64,000 nt of DNA from Candidatus Woesebacteria bacterium (GTDB taxonomy: Bacteria > Patescibacteriota > Microgenomatia > UBA8517). Under the pieces are notes generated by a model, which was not told the origin of the DNA, did no database searches, and saw only the letters and a program-made list of their open reading frames with translations. The DNA is taken from the NCBI GenBank assembly GCA_013426185.1, contig CP058602.1, positions 724,582-788,581 of the forward strand, given 5' to 3'. Positions 9,420 to 17,782 of the stretch are shown piece after piece (positions within the stretch are counted from its first letter, which is position 1; each line of letters starts with the position of its first letter). A program made the translations under genes and the position numbers.

Positions 9420-9705
9420 TTGCGGGGCTGGGGATCGAACCCAGTCTGGAAGATTATGCCTAAAGTTTTCTCCGATTTCTCGAGAGTGTCGGACTATGTC
9501 TTGCCCGTGAGATAAGAAATCTATCTCAAGGGCTTTGGCGTATAGTCTCTACGGATTTTACATTCATGTAAACCGAACGTAATCTTTCCTCGGCGTTGCC
9601 ATGATCAAATAGATTTTAGGTTTCGCCGATATAGCCAAATTTTTCCCCCATTAAATCGAGGGAAGCCCATTTTGAGCCTTCCGTGCAGCCGTACACTACC
9701 CCGCA
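9420..9705 (-). tRNA. tRNA(CAU) (elongator Met or Ile2/lysidine type) interrupted between U33 and C34 by a group I intron
   Basis: 5' exon TGCGGGGTAGTGTACGGCTGCACGGAAGGCT (9705-9675) and 3' exon CATAATCTTCCAGACTGGGTTCGATCCCCAGCCCCGCA (9458-9421) join to a 69-nt cloverleaf with loop CUCAUAA; acceptor TGCGGGG/CCCCGCA. Confidence 0.75.
9459..9674 (-). ncRNA. group I intron (IC3-like, Azoarcus tRNA-Ile intron-like core) inside tRNA(CAU)
   Basis: 5' exon ends in U, intron ends in G (..ACUUUAGG). An internal guide sequence (GGGCUUCC) pairs with the exon end (GGAAGGCU). Core blocks AUCGGCGAAACCUAA, AUGGCAACGCCGAG and CCGUAGAGACUAUACG resemble the Azoarcus/cyanobacterial tRNA introns as I recall them from memory. 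Confidence 0.7.
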
Positions 9706-9800
9706 TGTTAACTATAAAGAACATGCGCATTATACATGGAATTTGGTAGTTAAGCAACCCCCAATGCGTACCAGTATATATAGTATAATATAACTTAAGG

Positions 9801-10487
9801 ATGGCAAAATTTAAGGAGAGAATAAGGGCAAGAGAGTTAAGGAGGGAAGGTAGAAGCATTAAAGAAATAGCCAGATTGTTAAATGTTTCTCCGGATTCTG
9901 TTAGTCGTTGGTGTAAAGAAGTAAAACTATCAAAAGGTCAAATAAGAGAGTTAGAGAGACGTTGGAAAGATCCAAACTATGGAAAGAGATTAGAGAATTC
10001 TTTAAGACAACAAAAGAAGAGAATATTAAAAACAGAAAAATTGAAGAAGGCGGGTGTAAAAGAGATAGGCAATTTATCTAAAAGAGAACTATTCTTAGTC
10101 GGGGCTTCTTTGTACTGGGCAGAAGGATTCAAAAAAGATAGTCAAGTCGGGTTTGCCAACTCTAGTCCCGAGATGATGAATCTATTTCTCAGATGGCTTT
10201 ATGAGTGCTTTGGTTATAATACTAACGATCTAATGCTAAGGGTAACGGTAAACGTAAGTCATAAATATAGGATCGACGAAATTCAGAATTACTGGTCAGA
10301 AATTACAAAGATTCCTCTGGATAACTTTCAGAAACCCTTTTATCAAAATTTTAAGTGGAAGAAAATTTACGAGAACCCAAATGAATACTACGGTATATTA
10401 AGAATAAAGGTTCGCAAAAGCACTGATTTTTTAAGGAAAATACATGGATATATAGAAGGTTTGAAATTACAATCTCAAATAAGGTAA
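9801..10487 (+). CDS. HTH-domain protein with LAGLIDADG-like C-terminal region (putative free-standing homing endonuclease)
   Basis: N-terminal HTH (RSIKEIARLLNVSPDSVSRW). The block LFLVGASLYWAEGF...FANS resembles the LAGLIDADG of the 16S intron ORF. A decayed paralog at 44870..45559 is also followed by a tRNA. Confidence 0.4.
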   Translation: MAKFKERIRARELRREGRSIKEIARLLNVSPDSVSRWCKEVKLSKGQIRELERRWKDPNYGKRLENSLRQQKKRILKTEKLKKAGVKEIGNLSKRELFLVGASLYWAEGFKKDSQVGFANSSPEMMNLFLRWLYECFGYNTNDLMLRVTVNVSHKYRIDEIQNYWSEITKIPLDNFQKPFYQNFKWKKIYENPNEYYGILRIKVRKSTDFLRKIHGYIEGLKLQSQIR

Positions 10488-10499
10488 AATACAAGGCAA

Positions 10500-10572
10500 G
10501 CCAGGGTAGCTCAGTGGTTAGAGCATCGCATTCATAACGCGGGGGTCGTGGGTTCAAATCCCACCCCTGGCA
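10500..10572 (+). tRNA. tRNA(CAU), elongator-type (Met or Ile2)
   Basis: acceptor GCCAGGG/CCCTGGC, anticodon loop TTCATAA, T-arm GTGGG-TTCAAAT-CCCAC; G1-C72 pair so not initiator. Confidence 0.8.
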
Positions 10573-10599
10573 CTTTCTGTTTTTTCTGCCTTCAATTTA

Positions 10600-10971
10600 T
10601 TGACTGTGGCAAACTCTATTGAAAGATTAATTTGGGATGTCAGGAGAGAGAGGGGTGAGACAAGTGAACAAAAGGTAGCTTTTGCCCTTTCTTTTCTTTT
10701 TGAAGAGGGTCGTATAGACGGTTTTGAAAGAAGCGTGGAGTTAGACAGGCGAGGTGTTGATTTTTTGGTGAAAGACGGCTCCAAAAATTACAAGATTTCT
10801 GTAAAAAGTTCTCAAGGTGGAGTAAAGTGGGAGATGCGAGAACATCCTGAAAGGGTAAGAAAGGGAGATTTAATTTTTGTTGTTCCAGGTGCTGATGAAA
10901 GTGTAGAAGATTTAGCCGCAAGAATTCTTAGAATTATAAATGATTTTGAGGAAAGAATGCACCAGAGATAA
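10600..10971 (+). CDS. hypothetical protein
   Basis: ORF only. Confidence 0.3.
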   Translation: MTVANSIERLIWDVRRERGETSEQKVAFALSFLFEEGRIDGFERSVELDRRGVDFLVKDGSKNYKISVKSSQGGVKWEMREHPERVRKGDLIFVVPGADESVEDLAARILRIINDFEERMHQR

Positions 10972-11011
10972 TCTTCTTTATAAAGCCTTACAAATAGGAT
11001 AAAATCAAGTT

Positions 11012-12013
11012 ATGAAACGTGTTTTTTCAGGTTCAAGACCGACGGGGAAGCTTCATCTTGGTAATTACTTGGGTGGGGTTAAAGGTTATTTGGAGCTTGC
11101 TAGAAACCCACAATTTGAGACTATTTATATGGTGATGGATTTGCATGCTGTTACCACTCCTTTTGATAGAAATAGCTTGGCGCAAAATACAAAAGATGTG
11201 ATTTTGGATTACTTAGCCTCGGGCCTTGATCCTGAAAAATCAATAATTACTGTCCAATCGCTTGTTCCTGAGCACACTTATCTTGCTCACTTGATATCAT
11301 CCACAGTAACAGTGGCCCGTATGCTTCACTTGCCGACTTACAAAGAAAAAATAAAACAGTATCCAAAAGAAGCAACTATGGCTCTTTTGAATTACCCAGT
11401 TCTTATGGCGGCTGATATCTTAGCTTACAAGGCGGATCTAGTTCCAGTGGGAGTTGATCAAGAGCCACATCTTGAGGTAGCCCGTGAGATAGCAAGAAAA
11501 ATGAACGAGAAGTATGGCACTAATTTTCCTGAACCAAAAAGATTTGCAACCAAGGGTGAGTACATTCCTTCTTTGACAGGGGAGGGAAAGATGAGTAAAT
11601 CAGTTGAGGGTAGTTACATTAATTTAACTGATTCACTTGAAGAAATAAGGGCAAAATTGGCTCGAGTTCCAACTGATAGTGGTAGTGGTACCACTGTGCC
11701 TCAAGAAGGCGGAGTATTTACCCTTTTGCTTTTCTCTGGTCTTTTTCTTGGCGATGACGCTCAAAAAGAGCTTGAAGCACAATATACATCATCTGGTATT
11801 AGGTACAAAGAACTAAAAGATAGGCTGGCTAGCGCTATTTTTGAAGAATTAAAGCCGATTCAGGAAAGAAGAAAAGAGATAGAATCAAGAAAAGGCTATC
11901 TTGAAGATGTAATTTTGGATGGAGCAAAGAAGGCAAGAAAAATAGCCTCCCAGATATTGGAGGAGACAAGAGAAAAAATGGGATTTATAAGATTGGTAGA
12001 AAGTAGAACGTAG
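11012..12013 (+). CDS. trpS: tryptophan--tRNA ligase
   Basis: class I HIGH-like TGKLHLGNYLG at N-terminus and KMSKS motif. Confidence 0.9.
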   Translation: MKRVFSGSRPTGKLHLGNYLGGVKGYLELARNPQFETIYMVMDLHAVTTPFDRNSLAQNTKDVILDYLASGLDPEKSIITVQSLVPEHTYLAHLISSTVTVARMLHLPTYKEKIKQYPKEATMALLNYPVLMAADILAYKADLVPVGVDQEPHLEVAREIARKMNEKYGTNFPEPKRFATKGEYIPSLTGEGKMSKSVEGSYINLTDSLEEIRAKLARVPTDSGSGTTVPQEGGVFTLLLFSGLFLGDDAQKELEAQYTSSGIRYKELKDRLASAIFEELKPIQERRKEIESRKGYLEDVILDGAKKARKIASQILEETREKMGFIRLVESRT

Positions 12014-12255
12014 TAAGTATAAAGCAAATAAATAGTTAAAAGTTCAAAGTGCAAAGTTAAAAGTTGGAATTTACTATTCTGTAATTTGAAAAATTGGATA
12101 ATTGTAGAATTGTTTAGAATTTAGGATTTGGACCTTGTAATTTGGAGCTTGGAATTTGTTTGTAATTTGTATATTGGAATTTGTAATTTTATTCTATAAT
12201 CCAAAATCTATAATCTAATCATAAAGTTTTGAATTTTAAGTTTTGAGTTATTTTT
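12014..12255. repeat. mosaic AT-rich modular intergenic repeat region (modules shared with 17419-17782, 55064-55542 etc.)
   Basis: contains gtagaacgtagtaagta..., ttgtaatttggagcttggaatttgtttgtaatttg, tctataatccaaaatctataatcta modules; about 230 nt is the reverse complement of 55100-55330. Confidence 0.8.
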
Positions 12256-12603
12256 ATGTTTATTTCTTTTGACCAATTTTCTCAGGTTGATATAAGAATT
12301 GGAACGGTGGTTAAGGCCGAGGTGCCTGAGTGGAGCCATTGGGTTATGAGACTTGAGGTTGATTTTGGAGAAGAAATTGGCAAAAAGACTTGTTTTTCAG
12401 GCATTATGAAGTTTTTTAAACCGGAAGAGCTTGTTGGTAGACAATTTCCTTTTGTTATTAACCTTGAACCTAAAAGAATAGGACCTGATAAAGAGTTGAG
12501 TGAATGTATGATGATAATGGCGGTTCCTTCAGAAGATGAAGACACTGCTCCTGTTCTTTTTTCTCTTTCAGAAAAAGTTGAAAACGGAACGAGAGTAAGG
12601 TGA
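12256..12603 (+). CDS. tRNA-binding domain protein (CsaA/Trbp111/EMAP-like)
   Basis: QVDIRIGTVVKAEVPE... OB-fold tRNA-binding signature. Confidence 0.65.
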   Translation: MFISFDQFSQVDIRIGTVVKAEVPEWSHWVMRLEVDFGEEIGKKTCFSGIMKFFKPEELVGRQFPFVINLEPKRIGPDKELSECMMIMAVPSEDEDTAPVLFSLSEKVENGTRVR

Positions 12604-13123
12604 TAGCTGGGACTAGGGAGCTAGTCGGAGTTGGTCGAAGTTAGTCCTCGCTTACAGCGAGGCTGGTCAAAGCTGGTCGGAAGACAGTATCTAGTATCTT
12701 GTATTATGTATTATGGGAACAATGCATTTTCCTGCATAATACTTAATTCATAATACTAAATTCAGTGTTCCTAATTTGTTTGTGATTTGAAAAATTGGAA
12801 AATTGTAATTTGTTTAGGATTTAGAATTTGGAATTTGTATATTGTAATTTGTTTGTAATTTGGAACTTGGAATTTGGAATTTTGATTTTTACTCTTTGTT
12901 CTCTGTTCTAACCTGGTAGGTAAAAGGCAAGAGGTAAAAGAATTCGGATTTCAGCTATCAGCTGTCAGCTGTGGGAGTTAGTTGTTATCTTAATTCATAA
13001 ATCCTAAATCATAAATCAAAATTCTGTAATCTAATTTTTGACTTTTGAGTTTTAAGTTTTGAGTTATACTTTTGACTTTTAATTTTTGAGTTAGCTCGTT
13101 TTTAAGTGTATAATTAGCTGCTT
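12604..13123. repeat. mosaic modular intergenic repeat region including a 110-nt inverted-repeat module (12676-12790)
   Basis: modules tcggaagacagtatctagtat..gtattatgtattatg[GGAACAATGCATTTTCCTG]cataatac..., gaattcggatttcagctatcagctgtcagctg, ggtaaaaggcaagaggtaaaag. Confidence 0.8.
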
Positions 13124-14977
13124 ATGGAAAATTCTGAAAAAAATAAGCCTGTTATAAAAAAGAGAGTTGAATTTAAGATAAAAATCAATATCTGGAGGAT
13201 TGCTTTGTTTTTCCTCTTTTTGACCTTTTTCCTGCCTTTTTTAGTTACTGTGTTTGACCTTCGCAGGACGGAGACCAATGTAGATATCTCTCAGGCCTTA
13301 AGTGATATCAAACAGGGTAAGGTAAAAGATGTCTTGGTCCAAAATGAAAGGTTAATCTTAAATTATGAGGATGGCTCTACGAAAACCTCAATCAAAGAGC
13401 CAACCGAAAGCTTTTCCGATCTTCTTTCAAAAGAAAAGATAGAGCCATCAAAGGTGAATTACAAAGTGGTTGATCAGTCTTTGTCAAAAAGCGTGATGGA
13501 AGTTTTGGCTGCTGTTTTACCAGTTGTCCTTTTTGCCGCTGTTTTTCTTTTTATCATCAGAGCTCAAAATAGAGCAGCTGGTGATATTTTTTCTTTTGGT
13601 AGATCAAGAGCTAAGGTTTTTGCTAAAGGCAAGCAAAGTGTTACTTTTGACGATGTTGCAGGGGTTGATGATGCCAAAAAAGAGCTTGAGGAGGTTGTTG
13701 ATTTCTTGAAAAATCCAGGCAAATATCGCCGCATGGGCGCAAGAACGCCAAAAGGGGTGCTCTTGTTTGGTCCTTCAGGGGTGGGTAAGACTCTTTTGGC
13801 TCGTGCTGTTGCAGGTGAGGCTGGGGTGCCATTTTTCTCTATGGCCGGTTCCGAATTTATGGAGATGCTAGTTGGGGTTGGTGCCTCGCGAGTTCGTGAT
13901 CTTTTTTCTCAAGCAAAAGCCGCTGCTCCTTCAATAATTTTCATTGACGAAATTGATGCCATTGGAAGGCAAAGAGGCAGAGGTTTTATCGGGGGGCATG
14001 ATGAGCGTGAACAGACTTTAAATCAGATTTTGGTGGAAATGGATGGCTTTACTCCCAATGACAATGTGGTTGTTATTGCTGCAACCAACAGGGGTGATCT
14101 TCTTGATCCAGCACTTTTAAGACCAGGTCGTTTTGACAGGCGTGTTGTTCTTGATATGCCTGATAAGGAAGGAAGGGAAGCAATTCTTAAAATCCATGCC
14201 CGCGGCAAAAAGTTTGCCAAAAAAATTGATTGGGGCAAGATTGCCGATAGAACAGTGGGTTTCTCAGGAGCTGATCTTGAGAACATGCTTAACGAGGCTG
14301 CAATTTTAGCGGCAAGAGATAATAAGAAAGGAATTGATCTTGACGATATTGAAGAGGCAGCAACCAAGGTTAAACTAGGTCCTGCCAAGAGGAAGCTTCA
14401 AAGCGAGGAGGATAAAAAGATAACCGCGTATCATGAAGCAGGACATGCGATAGTTACACACTTTCTTCCCAAGATGGATCCTGTTGAGAGAATTTCAATT
14501 GTTGCCCGCGGTATGAGCCTTGGGCATACTTTAATTCCGCCTGCTTCAGATAGAACGCATGAGACAAAGTCAAGAATCTTAAACCAGATAACAGCAATGC
14601 TTGGAGGAAGGGCAGCCGAGGAGGTTGTTTTTAATGAAATGACATCAGGCGCAGCAAATGATATTGATAAGGCGACAGCTTTGGCTCGGGCGATGGTTGT
14701 TGAATTTGGGATGAGCGATCTTGGTCCTTTAAATCTTGGCCCACAATATGATGTTGATGAATTTGGCAAGACCCAGTGGTATGAGCCCTCAAACATCTCA
14801 CCGGCTATGCAGGAAAAAGTTGACCTTGAGATAAAGAAAATTATTGACTCTTCTTATCGTCAAGCTGTTGCAATAGTTAAGAAAGAAAGGAAAAAGCTTG
14901 ATGCTGTAGTCACAGCGCTTCTTAAGAAAGAAACGTTGACTCGCGACGAATTTGAAAAAATAGTTAATGGCAGGTGA
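13124..14977 (+). CDS. ftsH: ATP-dependent zinc metalloprotease FtsH
   Basis: N-terminal TM, AAA Walker [17 protein letters not shown] zinc-binding motif. Confidence 0.9.
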   Translation: MENSEKNKPVIKKRVEFKIKINIWRIALFFLFLTFFLPFLVTVFDLRRTETNVDISQALSDIKQGKVKDVLVQNERLILNYEDGSTKTSIKEPTESFSDLLSKEKIEPSKVNYKVVDQSLSKSVMEVLAAVLPVVLFAAVFLFIIRAQNRAAGDIFSFGRSRAKVFAKGKQSVTFDDVAGVDDAKKELEEVVDFLKNPGKYRRMGARTPKGVLLFGPSGVGKTLLARAVAGEAGVPFFSMAGSEFMEMLVGVGASRVRDLFSQAKAAAPSIIFIDEIDAIGRQRGRGFIGGHDEREQTLNQILVEMDGFTPNDNVVVIAATNRGDLLDPALLRPGRFDRRVVLDMPDKEGREAILKIHARGKKFAKKIDWGKIADRTVGFSGADLENMLNEAAILAARDNKKGIDLDDIEEAATKVKLGPAKRKLQSEEDKKITAYHEAGHAIVTHFLPKMDPVERISIVARGMSLGHTLIPPASDRTHETKSRILNQITAMLGGRAAEEVVFNEMTSGAANDIDKATALARAMVVEFGMSDLGPLNLGPQYDVDEFGKTQWYEPSNISPAMQEKVDLEIKKIIDSSYRQAVAIVKKERKKLDAVVTALLKKETLTRDEFEKIVNGR

Positions 14978-15884
14978 TAAAGACAAAAAACTTGTTTTGA
15001 TAGATGGCCATGCTATCTTGCATCGTGCTTATCATGCGCTTCCTCCTTTAACCTCAAGAGTGGGCCAGGTTAATGCTGTTTATGGTTTTACCTCAATGCT
15101 CTTGAAAATTATCAGCGAATTAAAGCCAAGTTATATTGCAGTTTGCCTTGATAGGAAAGAAAAAACTTTTAGAAAAGAAATGTTTGAGGCTTATCAGGCA
15201 CAGAGGCCTGAAGTTGATAAGGAATTGATCAGCCAAGTTGAGCTTACTAAAGAAGTAATTTCTGCTTTTGGCATAAAAATTTTCTCAGTAGCCGGATTTG
15301 AGGCTGACGATGTGATCGGGACTTTGGCCAAAAAGGCTGAAGGGAATAGTGAAATAGAAGAAGTGATTATTGTCACGGGTGATAGAGATATTTTGCAGCT
15401 TGTTGGAGGAAAGATAAGGGTTTATCTTTTGGTGAAAGGAATTAGTGAAGCGTCTCTTTTTGGTAAGGATGAGGTTGAGGCAAAGATGGGTGTTTTGCCT
15501 CATTTGATTGTTGACTATAAAGCTTTAGTGGGTGATGCTTCGGATAATTACAGTGGTGTTTCGGGTATTGGTCCTAAGACTGCTGTTAAATTGATTTGTG
15601 AGTTTGGCGGTTTTGAGGAAATCTATAAAAATCTTGACAAACTTCCACCAAAAACAAGAGAAATTTTAATTAAAGGTAAAGAAAGTGGAGAGCTTTCCTT
15701 CCGCTTGGCTAAAATTAGGACTGATGTTCCGCTTGAAGTTAGTTTTGATGATCTTAAAAAATGGCAGGTTGACTCTCAGAAAGTTTTTGATATTTTTGAA
15801 GAATTTGGCTTTAAGAGTTTGGCAAAAAGGGTAAAAGAGTTGGGTAAGACCATGGTGACTGAAAATCAAATGCAGCTATTTTAG
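14967..15884 (+). CDS. stand-alone 5'-3' exonuclease (Pol I N-terminal domain / FEN family)
   Basis: LVLIDGHAILHRAYHALP start and acidic metal-binding blocks typical of 5'-3' exonucleases. Confidence 0.8.
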   Translation: MAGDKDKKLVLIDGHAILHRAYHALPPLTSRVGQVNAVYGFTSMLLKIISELKPSYIAVCLDRKEKTFRKEMFEAYQAQRPEVDKELISQVELTKEVISAFGIKIFSVAGFEADDVIGTLAKKAEGNSEIEEVIIVTGDRDILQLVGGKIRVYLLVKGISEASLFGKDEVEAKMGVLPHLIVDYKALVGDASDNYSGVSGIGPKTAVKLICEFGGFEEIYKNLDKLPPKTREILIKGKESGELSFRLAKIRTDVPLEVSFDDLKKWQVDSQKVFDIFEEFGFKSLAKRVKELGKTMVTENQMQLF

Positions 15885-15909
15885 TATCTAGTATTTAGTA
15901 TTATGAATT

Positions 15910-16284
15910 ATGGGGAAGATACACCTTTTTTCTGATCTTAATGCCTGGAAAGAAGCTTATGAGCTTGTAATTTTAGTTTATAAACTTACTGATAAATTTC
16001 CTGCTAAGGAAAATTATGCTCTGACTGGCCAGATGAGAAGATCTGCGGTGTCTATATCTAGCAATATTGCTGAAGGGTTTAGTAGAAGAGGCAAAAGAGA
16101 GAAGATTTTGTTTTATTCAACTTCTTTAGGTTCGCTTACCGAGCTTCAAAGTCAGGTATTGATAGCCAAGGGAGTTGGTTATCTGAGCGGGGAGGATGTA
16201 ACTGCCATTAATGAGAGATTAACTGTTGTTCATAAGCTGATAAACGGTTTAATTAAAGGTGTTACAAAATTGCATAATACATAA
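15910..16284 (+). CDS. four-helix-bundle protein (23S rRNA intervening-sequence protein / Avd-like family), located outside rRNA
   Basis: family signature ...RSAVSISSNIAEGF...; gene is bracketed by the two arms of the long inverted-repeat module (15889-15912 and 16270-16300). Confidence 0.7.
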   Translation: MGKIHLFSDLNAWKEAYELVILVYKLTDKFPAKENYALTGQMRRSAVSISSNIAEGFSRRGKREKILFYSTSLGSLTELQSQVLIAKGVGYLSGEDVTAINERLTVVHKLINGLIKGVTKLHNT

Positions 16285-16287
16285 TAC

Positions 16288-17418
16288 ATGATTCATAATT
16301 CATTTAAAATTGCTTTAGTTCATGACTATATTAAAGAGTTTGGTGGGGCAGAGAGGGTTTTAAAGGTTTTGACTGAGATTTTTCCTGACGCGCCAATCTT
16401 TACTGCTTTTTGTGTTAAAAATTCAACGGCAGAAAAAGAGTTTCGAGGTAAGGAAATCAAGGAAAGCTTTCTTGCGCCTATTTTAAAGCTAGGCAAGCTT
16501 TATTCTCCTTTGCGTTTTTTGATTCCTACAATTTGGGGCAGTTTTGATCTGTCTTCTTATGATTTGGTGATTACTTCCTGCAGTTGGTATGTCACGCGTG
16601 GGTTTAAAACTGGAAAAAGGACAAAAGTTATAGCTTATTGTCATACTCCTCCGCGCTGGCTTTATGGGTATGAGACATCAGTCGGTTTTACCAAATACTG
16701 GCCGGTCAAAATTTATGCTTCAATTGTAGGGCATTTTATCAGGCTTTATGATTTTAAAACTGCCCAAGAAGTTGATTTTTGGATTGCCAATTCTAAAAAT
16801 GTAGCCTCAAGAATTGAAAAGTTTTATAGAAAAAAATCGGTTGTAGTTTACCCTCCTGTTGAAGTTGAAAAAATTATAGATTACACATCTTCTTTCAAAA
16901 AAAAGGAAAATTATTATTTAATTGCTTCCCGCCTCGTGGGGGCAAAGGGGATAGAGGAGGCAATATCTATTTTTCAAAAGCTTGGCAAAAAACTTAAGAT
17001 AGTGGGTGAGGCTCATGGTTTTTCTGATGTTGAATCAAAAGTAAAAGGCGGTAAGTCTAAAAACATAGAATTTTTAGGTAGAGTTTCAGATGAGGAGCTG
17101 TGGGAGCTATATGCAAGATCGAAGGCTTTTGTTGCTTTAGCGCGTGATGAAGATTTTGGAATGACAGTGGTTGAAGCGCAGGCCGCAGGAACGCCAGTTA
17201 TTGCTTTTAACGGCGGCGGATTTAAAGAGTCAGTTATTGATAATGTGACAGGGGTTTTGATTGATGAAGTGAACGAGGCTTCAGTAAGAGAAGCAATTAA
17301 GAAGATCGAAAGAAAAAATTGGAATAAGGCGATTCTTCAAAAAAATGCGAGAAGATTTTCAAAGGAGAGATTTGTTAAAAAGATCAAGAAAATAGTTGGG
17401 AAGCTAGGCCAAAGCTAA
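16288..17418 (+). CDS. glycosyltransferase family 4
   Basis: C-terminal EDFGMTVVEAQAAGTPVIA GT4 signature. Confidence 0.75.
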   Translation: MIHNSFKIALVHDYIKEFGGAERVLKVLTEIFPDAPIFTAFCVKNSTAEKEFRGKEIKESFLAPILKLGKLYSPLRFLIPTIWGSFDLSSYDLVITSCSWYVTRGFKTGKRTKVIAYCHTPPRWLYGYETSVGFTKYWPVKIYASIVGHFIRLYDFKTAQEVDFWIANSKNVASRIEKFYRKKSVVVYPPVEVEKIIDYTSSFKKKENYYLIASRLVGAKGIEEAISIFQKLGKKLKIVGEAHGFSDVESKVKGGKSKNIEFLGRVSDEELWELYARSKAFVALARDEDFGMTVVEAQAAGTPVIAFNGGGFKESVIDNVTGVLIDEVNEASVREAIKKIERKNWNKAILQKNARRFSKERFVKKIKKIVGKLGQS

Positions 17419-17782
17419 TCGGAAGCCAGTATTTAGTATTTTGTATTATGCAGAGAATACAGGTAGAAAGTAGAATGTAGTAAGTAGAAAGCAAATAAAT
17501 AGTTAAAAGTTCAAAGTGCAAAGTTAAAAGAATTCGGATTTCAGCTGTCAGCCGTCAGCTATCAGATTTGAGCGCTATCTAATTCATAAATCTTAAATCC
17601 TAAATCTAGATTCTATGACTTATTTGTAATTTGGAATTTGCCTGCCCGCAATCGCTAAAGCGATAGCTTTTGCAGGCGGGGAATTTGTAATTTTATTCTA
17701 TAATCCAAAATCTATAATCTAGTGTTTTGTGGTAAATTTCAGGTTAAGGAGGTAAAATAGGGGAAAATAAGCAAAACCTTAG
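17419..17782. repeat. mosaic modular intergenic repeat region (left flank of R-M island)
   Basis: modules gtagaaagtagaatgtagtaagtagaaagcaaataaatagttaaaagttcaaagtgcaaag, gaattcggatttcagctgtcagccgtcagc, ggaatttgcctgcccgcaat..gcaggcgggg (also inside 23S at about 56420-56465). Confidence 0.8.

Noticed and set aside
9420-9705. tmRNA (ssrA) interpretation of the approximately 285-nt structured RNA with tRNA-like ends
   Set aside because: The acceptor stem lacks the G3-U70 alanine identity pair (all Watson-Crick TGCGGGG/CCCCGCA). No tag reading frame ending in a hydrophobic ...AA-stop is present. The ends instead join to a complete CAU-anticodon cloverleaf with group I intron hallmarks.
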